A DNA stretch of 64,000 nt from positions 448,001-512,000 of the forward strand of contig CAVQBA010000007.1 of NCBI GenBank assembly GCA_963710605.1, read 5' to 3'. Below the pieces are notes generated by a model, which searched no databases, was not told where the DNA came from, and was given only the letters and a program-made list of their open reading frames with translations. The stretch's first letter is position 1, and each line of letters starts with the position of its first letter. Shown piece by piece: positions 11,702-22,909 of the stretch. The DNA comes from an uncultured cyanobacterium. Its GTDB lineage: Bacteria; Cyanobacteriota; Cyanobacteriia; Cyanobacteriales; Cyanobacteriaceae. A program made the position numbers and the translations under genes.

Positions 11702-11788
11702 CTAGTCTTCTTCTTGAGTTGGCACATCAAAATTAACTCTTTGGTATAAATTTTCTAAACTAATGCTAAAATCTAAACCGAAGGCTGA
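11702..11788 (-). pseudogene. Possible C-terminal remnant of a Uma2 (DUF820) endonuclease gene
   Basis: Hand translation SAFGLDFSISLENLYQRVNFDVPTQEED* resembles Uma2 C-termini; no start or N-terminus. Confidence 0.4.
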
Positions 11789-12057
11789 CCAAGAAGTTAA
11801 AAAACATTGTCAATCTAATTATGATTTAACTAAAAAAAATGGACAGTAAAACCTAAAAAATTGTTTACTATCCATATATATATTTACTAATTAATTTGGC
11901 TTTAAAGATTCAATTTGAATAATTAGAATTAAATAAGCAAGATTACTAAAATTTATCGTTTTAAATTACGATCGATTTAGTCGACAAATTCTTTAAAATA
12001 CAAAAATTAGCAGATTTTCAGTTTCAAATTGTCAATGTAAACGATCGTTTAAAAAGA

Positions 12058-12549
12058 TTAGTTATCAATTAAAGAAAGATTACCCCATTTAGGATCGGCA
12101 TTTACCTGAGTTAAAATATAACCTGCAACATCTTTAATATCTTCTTCAGTATAGTTTCTAATTTCAGACCACAGTTCGGGTACGCTAGTATTCATGTGTA
12201 AAAGAGAAAGATCTTCTTCACCATCATAACTAGTAGGATTTTTAATATAATCTACCATTCCTAATAAATTATCTCTAGCAGGAAGAGCGTAAGCTAAAGA
12301 TTCGCCACTTAAAGTCACATTAGGATTAGTTTTAGTTTTACCTTGAATATGACATTGAGCGCAATTAGCACCAAATAGTCTCGCTCCTTTTTGTACTTGT
12401 TGGTTAGTTAATGTAACTGTCTCACCGTCTTCATTTACAGGAATGGTACGAAGATTTTCATTTAAACTTAGTGCATTAGCCGTTCCAGCAAAAGATTGCC
12501 AGACTAAAATAACACCGGCAAGGAAAATTAAAACAATTTTTTTCAACAT
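12058..12549 (-). CDS. psbV: Photosystem II cytochrome c550
   Basis: Signal peptide, CAQCH heme motif, GKTKTNPNV, KNPTSYDGE..LH. Confidence 0.9.
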   Translation of the reverse strand: MLKKIVLIFLAGVILVWQSFAGTANALSLNENLRTIPVNEDGETVTLTNQQVQKGARLFGANCAQCHIQGKTKTNPNVTLSGESLAYALPARDNLLGMVDYIKNPTSYDGEEDLSLLHMNTSVPELWSEIRNYTEEDIKDVAGYILTQVNADPKWGNLSLIDN

Positions 12550-12702
12550 AATTCTTAAACAAAAACTTTTTGCTTATATTTCGATTCTTTTTTTCATTTC
12601 TACTTTAATTATTTTCTCTTAAAATTGGTTCATATTTGACCATCTGTTGTAAAGTTTTGTTAAAATATCTCATTTTGACTGATTTTTCATCGCTATTTGA
12701 GT

Positions 12703-13518
12703 TTATTTTTCTTCTACTTCTTCAACAGCGACAAATTTTAATAATGGTGCCATTCTCGCTTTATGGAAAGTCAAAACATCATCTTTGATTGCATAGTTAT
12801 CTATTTTTCTTAAAATATCCATAAATTGACCTTCATTACCCATCTCAGGACATATTTTCATGGTAGCCATCATTTCTTGAAAAATTAAACGATTACCTAA
12901 AGTGGCTTCATATCCTCCTCGGAAGGAATTACAACTATTAAATCCGCTAACTATATTTTCATAGCCATTAAACTTGATAAAAATATCTCTAGTTACTTCT
13001 TGCCCCATTATTTCGACTAATTCCCAGCGAGTATCGGTCAAACTTCTTTCGGTTTTAGTCAGTTTGTCTAAGATATAATTATCAGCCATACCTCCTGTGA
13101 TTACATTACCTCGATCGTCTAGTTGAATTAATCTATTTTCACCAACTATGTATTGATTCGGTGCATCTTCAACGTTATTTAAAGTAATTCTACCACCTGC
13201 TTGATTCCAACTAAATTCGCCCTTCGTGACAAATGTTTGTTCGTCTTTACCTAAATACTCAGTTTCCATAATATAAGTACCATTACCGTACAATCTAATC
13301 GAAGTTTGAATACCTTCGCAATCACCACAAGGTAATATTCCTTTATATACTCCATTCCAATCTAGAGAGTTGCGACTATTATGTCCTGTATCTACATTTG
13401 TTGAACTATTAGGTAATTTTTGTAAATCAACTTGTGCGAAAAGTTGTTGATGATTACTACTTGTTACCAATGATAGCCCTATGACGACTAAAGGAATAAT
13501 TACAGAGCGATAATTCAT
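12703..13518 (-). CDS. Exported protein with NlpE N-terminal and META domains
   Basis: SLDWNGVYKGILPCGDCEGIQT; SGFNSCNSFRG..ATMKICP. Confidence 0.85.
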   Translation of the reverse strand: MNYRSVIIPLVVIGLSLVTSSNHQQLFAQVDLQKLPNSSTNVDTGHNSRNSLDWNGVYKGILPCGDCEGIQTSIRLYGNGTYIMETEYLGKDEQTFVTKGEFSWNQAGGRITLNNVEDAPNQYIVGENRLIQLDDRGNVITGGMADNYILDKLTKTERSLTDTRWELVEIMGQEVTRDIFIKFNGYENIVSGFNSCNSFRGGYEATLGNRLIFQEMMATMKICPEMGNEGQFMDILRKIDNYAIKDDVLTFHKARMAPLLKFVAVEEVEEK

Positions 13519-13703
13519 GTTATTTTAATCTAGTTATTTTGTTTTTCAAAAATGATGCCAATTTGTTTGACGCAGGTATTTTAGTTTTTGTTTCCTTCTT
13601 AATTCTTAAAATACAGCTACTATTCATACGTTACAGACAAATACCATACTGATTTGATAATATCTAAATTTTTGCTCTGTTCTAACAATAGCTAAGATAC
13701 GCA

Positions 13704-13821
13704 GGGCTGTTTCATTCAAAGGAAGAAAAAATAGCTAGAAGCAAAAAATAAATAGCTAGAAGCAAAAAATAAATAGCTAGAAGCTATTACTACATACTCG
13801 ATCGAGAGATTTGGTTACATT
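13704..13821. mobile_element. IS-end/MITE fragment with a 21-bp tandem repeat (AAATAGCTAGAAGCAAAAAAT, ~2.7 copies at 13729-13784)
   Basis: Begins GGGCTGTTTCATTC; homologous to the reverse complement of 31211-31306. Confidence 0.6.
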
Positions 13822-14143
13822 ATCTTTTTACTGATAGTTGTCAACTTCGATTATGTTCGTAATTGTTTTTTTAGTCTCAATCGTATCTTCTTGATTTACA
13901 AAAATTAATGATTAGTCAATGATGGTTAAAATAATCACTTAAAGAGCAAAGACAAAAGTAGGAGATAAAAAATTTATTTGGGACAAATGCTTTAGCAAAA
14001 GGGTATCTTTGCCTTATGTAATTGTTTGATGAGCAAAATAAAGCAATGAGAAATATTAAATTAAAAATTTATCAGTGAAAAAATAATCTTGAGTTTAGTT
14101 AAAGTTAATTGACAAGGAATAATCGACAATAGAATAATAAATA

Positions 14144-14626
14144 ATGAACCATTCAGTAAAAAATATATATACGATGATGAGATTATTTCGTCCTATTATT
14201 TCTATAATGTTAGTTTTAGTCACAACTTTATTAGTAAGTTGTAGCTCAGCCCCAAAAGCTAAAATTCCGACTACCTACACACCAGAAAAAATTGCTCAAT
14301 TACAACAGTTTCGTACTCCTATCTCTGACGCTAGAGAACAATTAAACTCATTAAAAGACTTAATTGCGGATGAAAACTGGGTAGATACTAGATCATTTAT
14401 TCATGGCCCCTTAGGTGGTTTACGTCAAGATATGTCGATCGTGGGTAAAAAACTGTTACAAAAAGATCAAAAATCTGCTCAAGATTTGGGTAGAGAATTA
14501 TTCAGCGATTTTGACAAAATTGATGCCGCCGCTAAAGAGCGTAATGGAAATGGTGCTAAAAATGCTTACACCAGAGCACTTCAAGATTTTGATTCTTATT
14601 TAGATTTAATTCCTAGTAATAGCTAA
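14144..14626 (+). CDS. psbQ: Photosystem II extrinsic lipoprotein CyanoQ (true start probably 14174/14177)
   Basis: Lipobox LVSC, PTTYTPEKI, WVDTRSFIHGPLGGLR. Confidence 0.92.
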   Translation: MNHSVKNIYTMMRLFRPIISIMLVLVTTLLVSCSSAPKAKIPTTYTPEKIAQLQQFRTPISDAREQLNSLKDLIADENWVDTRSFIHGPLGGLRQDMSIVGKKLLQKDQKSAQDLGRELFSDFDKIDAAAKERNGNGAKNAYTRALQDFDSYLDLIPSNS

Positions 14627-14681
14627 AGTTACGAGTAATTATTAAATTGCTTACAGTTAATCTTTAATTGTTTTCAATAAT

Positions 14682-14724
14682 AAGTGGAGGTAGTATTATT
14701 TAATCCTAAATTACCTCTACTTTT
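14682..14724 (+). terminator. Putative intrinsic terminator after psbQ
   Basis: AAGTGGAGGTA...TACCTCTACTTTT stem followed by Ts. Confidence 0.5.
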
Positions 14725-15088
14725 GCATTTGTATCATAAAAATCACTGAAAACGATCGCACAAGTCTAAATTATACTAGTCTAGCCATAAAAACCAAGCT
14801 GAAAAATTGTTTGGTTATTTTTTTGTCTTAAAATACAATAATTATATTCTTTATTTTTAAGTTAGTTACAAAAAAGCTGGTAACTAAAACATGATCTAAT
14901 TGTTTGCTTGAGAATGATTTAAACGATCGTATTTAGTAAAATATTTGATTAGTTTTAGTTAAGATAAAAGTATGTTTATTTGCTTTTCGCTTCAATTTTT
15001 CGCCAAAAAAGATAATTATTTGTCATAATACTTTGATACCTAATTATTTTTAACTAACTGTATTGCTTAGTAATAGAACTCCAATGAT

Positions 15089-16075
15089 ATGAATAATAGA
15101 GATAAGTATTTATTTACGATCGATGATGATGTTTTTTGTTCTTATTTATTAGCTAAAATAAAGAAATATCTAGGTTGTGAACAAGTTTTTATCTACAAAG
15201 TAGATTCTCAACAACAGTTAGAAAAAACGATTTACCCTTCAGATAATAACAGTCAAGATAAAACAATTGATTCAGATTATCAATTTGCGAGCGAAAATAA
15301 TCACAATATTGTTAAAAATATTATTAAAGATTCAAAATTAAAAGACGAAGATTCAGATGATACTATACCATTACAAACAGCTCAATTAGTCATCCCGATC
15401 GAATTGAAAACATCTGAAGTAGTTATCATTAATAATAATATAAAACTTTGGGGTATATTATTTATCTACGATTATAATTATCTTAGAGAATGGAGTGAAG
15501 AAGAAAAAACCGTCGTCAATGAAATTGCTGTTCAAATCACTTTAGCGATTGAAAAAAACATTGTTTATACCAAATTCAAAGAGCTGGAAAAAACGTTATC
15601 AATTTATCAATTTTTTGATCAAGAAACAGGGTTGATTAATTACTCTTCTTTTCTTGATTGTTTAGAATACGAATGGCATAATTTGACCAGAGACAAAAAT
15701 ATATTATCCTTAATTTTAATTCAGATTGAAAGTAACGATAAATTAAACCTCGCACTCTGGAAAGAAATAGTAGAAATTATCCAACAACAAATCAAACGCC
15801 CTGCTGATATAGTTGCTCGTTACGATGGAGATAAAATTGTGGCAATGTTACCTAAAACTGATAATCAAGGTGCATTGTATGTAAATCAACAAATAATTTC
15901 TCAAATCTCCACTTTAGACAATAATCAAGAATATAATTATCAATTTCGCTCTAGTCTCATTACTTATCTTCCTAACACAGAGCAAAATTATGAATTTTTG
16001 TTAGCCAAAATAGAGAAACCTTTTACCGATGACTTAGATAAGTGCGAAAAAGTCTATAATCAAAACTTGGTTTAA
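15089..16075 (+). CDS. GAF plus degenerate GGDEF-domain protein
   Basis: LWGILF..REWSEEE..IAVQITLAIE (GAF); DQETGLIN; RPADIVARYDGDK. Confidence 0.8.
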   Translation: MNNRDKYLFTIDDDVFCSYLLAKIKKYLGCEQVFIYKVDSQQQLEKTIYPSDNNSQDKTIDSDYQFASENNHNIVKNIIKDSKLKDEDSDDTIPLQTAQLVIPIELKTSEVVIINNNIKLWGILFIYDYNYLREWSEEEKTVVNEIAVQITLAIEKNIVYTKFKELEKTLSIYQFFDQETGLINYSSFLDCLEYEWHNLTRDKNILSLILIQIESNDKLNLALWKEIVEIIQQQIKRPADIVARYDGDKIVAMLPKTDNQGALYVNQQIISQISTLDNNQEYNYQFRSSLITYLPNTEQNYEFLLAKIEKPFTDDLDKCEKVYNQNLV

Positions 16076-16128
16076 ATTCGCCATTTGCCTTTAGAATTAG
16101 TTAGATTAATCGTCAACAAACCACAGAT

Positions 16129-17466
16129 ATGAATATTGTCGATCGTTTTCGTTTAGGTTTAGCTGTTGGTACTGCCAAAACTGTCACCGGGGTAGTAAAA
16201 TCATTAAACTTAGGTGCGGCTAGTGTTTTACCAGGGGAAATCTCCCGTCGTCTTCATCCTCGTTTACTCAATCTTTTATCACAACAATTTAAAAAAGGCT
16301 TGATACTAGTCGTCGGCACAAACGGGAAAACAACCACTTCTTTATTACTCAAAGATATTTTAACCAATGACGGTTATGACGTTATCCATAACTCTACGGG
16401 TGCTAACTTAATCAATGGTTTGATTACTTGTCTAATTACTAACAGTAATCTTTTAGGAACTTTATCGGCTGATTATGGTATTTTAGAAGTCGATGAAAAT
16501 ATTTTGCCTTTAGCTTTAAAAGAATGTCAGCCTACACATATTTTAGCCCTGAATTTATTTCGTGATCAACTCGATCGTTATGGAGAAGTTGATACCATCA
16601 GTTATCGTTGGCAAAGTGCGATCGAATCTTTACCACAAGACACTTATATCATAGCTAACGGCGACGATCCTACTTTATGTCATTTTGGGCAAAATTTGAC
16701 GCAAAAGGTTTTATTTTTTGGTTTAAATGAGCCTGAGTTGTATTTAGATGAGATACCCCATGCTGTCGATTCTATTTATTGCCCTAAGTGCGGTACTTCT
16801 TTAGATTACAATGGCGTTTATCTTTCTCATTTAGGAGATTACGATTGCCCGAAGTGTGATTTTACTAAAAGTCAGTTGTCAGTAGATAGTAAACAGTGGC
16901 AACAAATTTTAATTGGTGTTTATAACAAGTACAATACTTTAGCCGCCGCTTTAACGGCTCAAACTATCGGTGTAGAAAAAGATGTTATTGATAAAAGCAT
17001 TACTAACTTTAAAGCCGCTTTTGGTAGGGCAGAAGAATTAACTATTGAAGACAAAAATGTGCGTATCTTGTTATCCAAAAATCCTGTAGGTATGAATGAA
17101 ACAATTCGGGCGGTGAATGATATTAAGAAGGTTAATCCTAGTGCAACTATTTTGATGGTTTTAAACAATCGGACTCCAGATGGAACAGATGTATCGTGGA
17201 TTTGGGATGTAGATACAGAGAAATTAGTAGCTTCAGGAGGAGATATGGTAGTTAGTGGCGATCGGGTTTATGACATGGCATTAAGATTGAAGTATAGTAT
17301 CGATACCGTAGAATCTGAGCTTAATTTAGTAGTCGAAGAAAAGTTAGCCTCTGCAGTAACTAAAGCATTAGAATTAACTCCATCGCAAGAGACTTTATAT
17401 ATTATTCCGACTTATTCTGCAATGTTAGAAGTTAGAAAAATTTTAACAGGCAGAGAAATACTTTAA
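16129..17466 (+). CDS. murT: Mur-ligase family protein with DUF1727 (MurT-like)
   Basis: GTNGKTTT, NLFRDQLDRYGE, CPKC..CPKC zinc finger, KNPVG, DGTDVSWIWD, PTYSAML. Confidence 0.85.
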   Translation: MNIVDRFRLGLAVGTAKTVTGVVKSLNLGAASVLPGEISRRLHPRLLNLLSQQFKKGLILVVGTNGKTTTSLLLKDILTNDGYDVIHNSTGANLINGLITCLITNSNLLGTLSADYGILEVDENILPLALKECQPTHILALNLFRDQLDRYGEVDTISYRWQSAIESLPQDTYIIANGDDPTLCHFGQNLTQKVLFFGLNEPELYLDEIPHAVDSIYCPKCGTSLDYNGVYLSHLGDYDCPKCDFTKSQLSVDSKQWQQILIGVYNKYNTLAAALTAQTIGVEKDVIDKSITNFKAAFGRAEELTIEDKNVRILLSKNPVGMNETIRAVNDIKKVNPSATILMVLNNRTPDGTDVSWIWDVDTEKLVASGGDMVVSGDRVYDMALRLKYSIDTVESELNLVVEEKLASAVTKALELTPSQETLYIIPTYSAMLEVRKILTGREIL

Positions 17467-17750
17467 GAATTTGGGATTATCAGATAATCAAGGTTTGATT
17501 TGTTTTCTTGTGGAAAAAGTGTTTCTTTTGGATACATAGGTAAGGGTACAAGATATAGAATAAAAAACGATCTATCTTTAGATAGTAGGTTGGGTTAAGC
17601 CTCTAAATCTTTAAGATAAAACAAATAGATTCAAAAAAAGCGAAACCCAACATTTTATACGCTAAAAATACAAAGAAAGCTGATGATAAGTTACGGCACT
17701 CGTTAATAATGATGGATGAGTGTTAAACAATATAAATAGTACAACAGTTT

Positions 17751-18008
17751 TTAATAAACCCGATCGTGAGAACCAATTAATAATAATAAAATCTCTTTTT
17801 CCTCTAATTCTGAACTATTAATGAATTTGAAAATAATTCGATTATTATAATCAAGAGAACAAGACCATTTATCTGATCAATCTCCTCTCAATTTATGAGT
17901 ATGAAGACTAAGATGAAATGGATTTTCGGCAATTAACTCTAATTTTTGTTTGAGTAATAAACGTTTCAGTTTACGAGTAAAACTATCACTCCAAACAATT
18001 TTATTCAT
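17751..18008 (-). pseudogene. YafQ/RelE-family mRNA interferase pseudogene (internal TGA at 17877-17879)
   Basis: Hand translation MNKIVWSDSFTRKLKRL...NPFHLSLHTHKLRGD*SDKWSCSLDYNNRIIF...IGSHDRVY*; ATG overlaps the antitoxin stop (TAATG). Confidence 0.85.
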
Positions 18009-18223
18009 TAATCCAACTCCGCCATTAAATCTTCGACTGAGCCTCGTTTAAATTTTCCTTGTTCGTATTCTTGTTCTGCTTGTTGAATTTCATTAATCAA
18101 TTCACTTCTTTTGTGTTCATTTAATCTATTTCTAATAATTTCTACTAACATCTCTTGCTCTTCTAATGGTAGATTTTCTACCGCTACTATTGCTTCTTGA
18201 AAACTTAATATATTATTCATCAC
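18008..18223 (-). CDS. Putative antitoxin
   Basis: Acidic 71-aa ORF ending RGSVEDLMAELD, coupled to the toxin pseudogene. Confidence 0.75.
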   Translation of the reverse strand: MMNNILSFQEAIVAVENLPLEEQEMLVEIIRNRLNEHKRSELINEIQQAEQEYEQGKFKRGSVEDLMAELD

Positions 18224-18552
18224 ATTTACTAAGTATTATTTAATTTAAGTATCTATAATTTTTTTGTTCAAAACTAATTTTCAATAATAATTTTATATAT
18301 TTTCAACTACTTTTTTTATAGCAGCTTTGATACCGCAGAAAGACAAAATATTTGGGTGCAAACCTTGCACCCCTACAATTAATTTAAAATAAACATTACT
18401 TAATTAATACTCTTAAACCATTATTAAACAAAATCATTCTCTATTCTTCTTCAGTACGATCGATCGTAGGGAACGGTTAAAGCCCTCAAATATTAGATAC
18501 AAAACGAATACACTCTCAGAAGTGAAACCCAACACCCATAAAAATGAAATCA

Positions 18553-19332
18553 TCATTCTCCATTCTCCACTCTCAACTCTCCATTCTTCTTCAGCCCCCA
18601 TTCAGTTTGACGTAAAATTCCTCTTAACATAGCTAACTCTTGAGCGGATAAATTAGTACGATTTATAATTCGTCTTAACTTTTCCATTCTGTTACTTGCG
18701 GTATGAGGATAAACATATTCAATTTGTAATAAAACTGATTCTAAATGAGTGTAATATCTTTCTAGTTGATCGATCGTCGCTAAAGGTTCGGTATTCTCTT
18801 TTTCTTTTTCATTTTCAGCTTGAGTTTCCAAAGACAAAAAATGCTGATACAATTCATAAGCACAAACTCCAACGGCTTGAGCAAGATTCAAAGAAGGATA
18901 ATCAGGATTAGAGGGAATACAAATAAAACGTTGAGCATGACTTAATTCTTGGTTACTTAAGCCTCTGTCTTCAGGTCCAAAAATCAAAGCTGAGGTAAGA
19001 TTACTATCATCATTATCATTATCATTAATCAACCAAGGGATAGCTTGTCTGGGAGTTTCTAATTTAGTTGGTATTCCTCTGGGGCGTGCTGTCGTTGCGA
19101 TCGCTTTGTGGCATCCTTGTAACGCTTCAGGAATAGAATCACAAATTTGAGCATTATTTAAAACTTGGACTGCATGAACAGCCATAATAGTAGCATCTTC
19201 GCTCTTGTAGTCACAACGAGGATTAACGATCGTTAACCTGTCTAACCCCATATTACGCATAACTCGAGCGATCGAACCAATATTTCTTTCCCCTGCGGGT
19301 TCGACTAAAACTATTTTGACTTGCTTAATCAT
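18553..19332 (-). CDS. trmJ: TrmJ/LasT-family SPOUT RNA methyltransferase
   Basis: IVLVEP..NIGSIAR, FGPEDRGLSNQEL, YPSLNLAQAV. Confidence 0.88.
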   Translation of the reverse strand: MIKQVKIVLVEPAGERNIGSIARVMRNMGLDRLTIVNPRCDYKSEDATIMAVHAVQVLNNAQICDSIPEALQGCHKAIATTARPRGIPTKLETPRQAIPWLINDNDNDDSNLTSALIFGPEDRGLSNQELSHAQRFICIPSNPDYPSLNLAQAVGVCAYELYQHFLSLETQAENEKEKENTEPLATIDQLERYYTHLESVLLQIEYVYPHTASNRMEKLRRIINRTNLSAQELAMLRGILRQTEWGLKKNGELRVENGE

Positions 19333-19583
19333 GGATGAAGAATAATTAATAATTAATGATAAAGATAAATCTTTGCTCTTGTAAATCTTCTACAAGAATC
19401 TATTACCAAGTTTTAATCGTCAACTGTCAACTGTCAATTGTCAATTGTTTGACACTCTTAACTCTTAACTTTTAACTTTTAACTATTATTGCTTATTGGC
19501 TATAATTACATTCATGTACTTGATAATTAATTGCTGTGAGTTGAGAACAAAATTATTGTACTCGAAAAATAGTAATTATTACT

Positions 19584-21575
19584 GTGCCTAAATGTAATCT
19601 AAAATTACCAGATCAAATTATGGAAGGATCGTTTGCTCTCACCATACAAATCGTCATAGCAGTTTGTGCAGGGATTGCCGCTCAAGTATTGGGAGAATTA
19701 TGGAAAAAGCCGAGCATAGTAATTTTATTATTTTTAGGTATTTTAATTGGTAGAGATGGGCTTGGTTATCTACATCCTGAATATTTAGGAGAAGGATTAG
19801 AAGTATTTGTCTCTTTAGCGGTGGCAATTATTCTTTTTGAAGGTGGGTTGAGTTTAGAATTAGAACAAATCGGAAAAGTCTCAGGAAGCCTACGTAATTT
19901 GGTCAGTATTGGCACATTAATTACGTTTTTTGGTGGTGGTGTTGCCGCTCACTATTTAGCCGAATTTCCTTGGGATATTTCCTTTTTATACGCTTCTTTG
20001 GTTGTTGTAACAGGACCGACTGTAGTTGGACCATTACTTAAGCAAGTACCTGTAGATAAAAGGGTGGCGACTTTATTAGAAGGAGAAGGGGTATTAATTG
20101 ATCCTGTTGGAGCTATTTTAGCCGTTGTTGTTTTTAATGCGATCGTTAATCAGCAATCTTCCGATTCAATGGAGACATCCTATCAATTAGTTATCTTTTA
20201 TCAACTTTTTTTACGTTTATTTGTCGGGGCAACTATCGGTTTACTTGGTGGCTGGTTATTAGGTGTTTTTCAAAAAAAAGCTGATTTTGTTTCTGATGAA
20301 ATTAAAAATTTGGTTGTTTTAGCTTTTGTCTGGGCAATTTTTAGTATCTCTCAAGCATTAGTCAGTGAATCAGGATTAATGGCAACAGTGATAGCAGGTA
20401 TTGTTTTAAAAGCCTCGGATATACCCGCAGAAAGAGTATTGTTACGTTTTAAAGGACAATTGACCATTTTAGGGGTTTCGGTACTTTTTATCCTCTTAGC
20501 GGCTGATTTATCGATCGATAGTGTTTTTGCTTTGGGCTGGGGTAGTGTCTTCGCTGTATTTACCCTGATGTTTGTCATTCGCCCTTTAAGTATTATTATT
20601 TGTACATGGAATAGTGGCTTAAATTGGCGACAAAAAATATTTTTAGCTTGGGTTGCCCCCCGTGGGATTGTCTCGGCTTCTGTTGCGTCTTTATTCGTCA
20701 TTTTATTAGAACAAAATGATATTAATGGTGGTGGCTCAATTAAAGCCTTAGTCTTTTTAACCATCATCATGACAGTTGTGATTCAAGGATTAAGTGCCGG
20801 TTTTTTAGCCAAACTACTCAAAATCACCAGCGATAAAGCTCAAGGAGTAATGATAGTTGGTTGCAATCCTTTAGGGCGTACTTTAGGTAAATTAATTCAA
20901 GAGTTAGGTGAATCAGTTGTTTTAATTGATACTAATGAAGAAGCTTGCGAAAAAGCAAGAAATGAAGACTTACTAGTAGTTGAAAGTAGTGCCTTAAATA
21001 TGGATATATTGGCAGATGCAGGTATTGAAGCAGTAGGTACTTTAATCGCCCTTACTACCAATGGTAATGTTAATTTGATGACAACCCAAAGGGCATCAGA
21101 AGAATTTGCACCGAGTAAAGTTTTTGCTATTCATCCTCAAAGTGAAGAAACAAGTATTAATAATAAAGATAAAAAAATTAATCAACCTTTCGCTTCTCCC
21201 TTGTCAGTCAAAACTTGGAATAAATATCTACGAGAAAAAACATATCTAATTGGTAAAACACAAATTAAATCCCAAATTATCGACGCTCAAAAAGAACATT
21301 TAACTAATTTGATTAAAAAAGGTGAATTTTTACCTTTACTATTAACCAGAAAAGATCAAGTTACAATTGTCAGAGCGGGGATGAAATGGGAGGCTGATGA
21401 TTCTTTGGTTTATTTATTTCACGATTCTCGATCGAGTTTACTTAAAACACTTTCAGGAAATCAAATTTCATCTAATATAACTTTTGAAAAAATAGCGAAA
21501 GTTGAAGAAATACCACTTTCTACTTCTACTATAACCCCCGAAAAAAATAATCCTCAAGAATTAACTAAAAAGTAA
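19584..21575 (+). CDS. CPA1 Na+/H+ antiporter with TrkA-N/RCK domain (start may be ATG 19620)
   Basis: ILFEGGL, VVTGPTVV, LEGEGVLIDP, APRGIVSA; many TM helices. Confidence 0.9.
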   Translation: MPKCNLKLPDQIMEGSFALTIQIVIAVCAGIAAQVLGELWKKPSIVILLFLGILIGRDGLGYLHPEYLGEGLEVFVSLAVAIILFEGGLSLELEQIGKVSGSLRNLVSIGTLITFFGGGVAAHYLAEFPWDISFLYASLVVVTGPTVVGPLLKQVPVDKRVATLLEGEGVLIDPVGAILAVVVFNAIVNQQSSDSMETSYQLVIFYQLFLRLFVGATIGLLGGWLLGVFQKKADFVSDEIKNLVVLAFVWAIFSISQALVSESGLMATVIAGIVLKASDIPAERVLLRFKGQLTILGVSVLFILLAADLSIDSVFALGWGSVFAVFTLMFVIRPLSIIICTWNSGLNWRQKIFLAWVAPRGIVSASVASLFVILLEQNDINGGGSIKALVFLTIIMTVVIQGLSAGFLAKLLKITSDKAQGVMIVGCNPLGRTLGKLIQELGESVVLIDTNEEACEKARNEDLLVVESSALNMDILADAGIEAVGTLIALTTNGNVNLMTTQRASEEFAPSKVFAIHPQSEETSINNKDKKINQPFASPLSVKTWNKYLREKTYLIGKTQIKSQIIDAQKEHLTNLIKKGEFLPLLLTRKDQVTIVRAGMKWEADDSLVYLFHDSRSSLLKTLSGNQISSNITFEKIAKVEEIPLSTSTITPEKNNPQELTKK

Positions 21576-21771
21576 TAGTAATCGAAGTTTAAATGTTTAA
21601 CCACCCCTATCCCCTCTTTTTGAAGGAGGGGCACTTCATTCACAGTAAACACAGCAACAAAATAGGGTAATTATTACAAGTAACACTTAAGCTATAATCA
21701 AACTTTAAAATGCCGTTTAAAATTTTTAGATTAATCTGTCATTATCAATTTTAATTAACTCACTACAAAAA

Positions 21772-22644
21772 ATGATCAATTTAAGAGAATTATTATTTCC
21801 TAAAAACACCGATAATAGCAACAAAACTAAAAAGAAAAAAACAAAAGGGCTTCCACCGATGAAGAGAAGTCGTCGGGGAATCGAAATCAAAACACCTGCT
21901 GAGATCGAGATTATGCGTACTTCAGGCAAAATTGTCGCTACAGTTTTAAAAGAAATTAGCGAAATAGCCAGTGCAGGTATGACAACAGCCGATTTAGATA
22001 CCTATGCCGAGAAACGGATTCGAGAAATGGGTGCAACACCTAGCTTTAAAGGTTATCATGGCTTTCCTGCGTCCATCTGTGCTTGTATTAATGATGAGGT
22101 AGTGCATGGTATTCCCAGTGACAAAAAAGTGATCAAGATGGGTGATATTATCAAAATCGATACAGGGGCTTTCTATCAAGGTTATCATGGTGATTCTTGT
22201 ATTAGTGTGCCGATTGGTAAGGTAAAACGATCGACCGTTAAACTGTTAGAGGTTGCCGAAACTGCTATGTATAAAGGTGTAGAACAAGTAAAAGCAGGAA
22301 AATATCTGATGGATATAGCGATCGCCATTCAAGACTATGTCGAAGCCAATGGGTTTACCGTCGTTGAAAATTTTGTTGGGCATGGTGTCGGGAGAAATTT
22401 ACATGAAGAGCCTTCTGTGTTTAACGTACGCACCTATGATTTACCGAATGTACAATTAAGAGCGGGAATGACGTTAGCGATCGAACCTATTGTTAATATG
22501 GGTAGTAACAAAACTAAGACATTAAAAGATCGTTGGACAGTGATAACCGTTGATAAACAACTATCTGCTCAGTTTGAACATACGGTTTTAGTTACTAATG
22601 ACGGTTACGAAATTTTGACTAACCGAGAAAATCTTGAGAAATAA
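21772..22644 (+). CDS. map: Methionine aminopeptidase type I
   Basis: EVVHGIP, DTG..GYHGD, GHGVG..LHEEP, AIEP, SAQFEHT. Confidence 0.95.
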   Translation: MINLRELLFPKNTDNSNKTKKKKTKGLPPMKRSRRGIEIKTPAEIEIMRTSGKIVATVLKEISEIASAGMTTADLDTYAEKRIREMGATPSFKGYHGFPASICACINDEVVHGIPSDKKVIKMGDIIKIDTGAFYQGYHGDSCISVPIGKVKRSTVKLLEVAETAMYKGVEQVKAGKYLMDIAIAIQDYVEANGFTVVENFVGHGVGRNLHEEPSVFNVRTYDLPNVQLRAGMTLAIEPIVNMGSNKTKTLKDRWTVITVDKQLSAQFEHTVLVTNDGYEILTNRENLEK

Positions 22645-22748
22645 TTTAATTTTTTACTCGTTACAACATTTTTAGATATTATTTAATTAATAACTATTTT
22701 CTGTTTCATATTGTTTATATATGAGTCGGGAAAATATAGATTAATAGT

Positions 22749-22859
22749 AAAGACGATTGTTTAGTCAACTGCAAACATCAGAATAAATCACTATTATATT
22801 GATTGTCTATTCTTGATGTTCTTCTCTCTAAAGTTGATTAGTCTCGATCGTCTTTTTTT
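22749..22859 (+). ncRNA. Candidate long-hairpin small RNA (copy 1)
   Basis: Long imperfect inverted repeat ending in a T7 run; homologous to 25121-25239. Confidence 0.35.
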
Positions 22860-22909
22860 GTTTAGGCTATATTTAATCTGATTTAAAGTTTGGATTTAAA
22901 AATTAAAGC

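Noticed and set aside
13729-13784. 21-bp direct repeats as a possible CRISPR array
   Set aside because: Units are contiguous with no spacers, no cas genes are present, and they belong to a MITE-like end.
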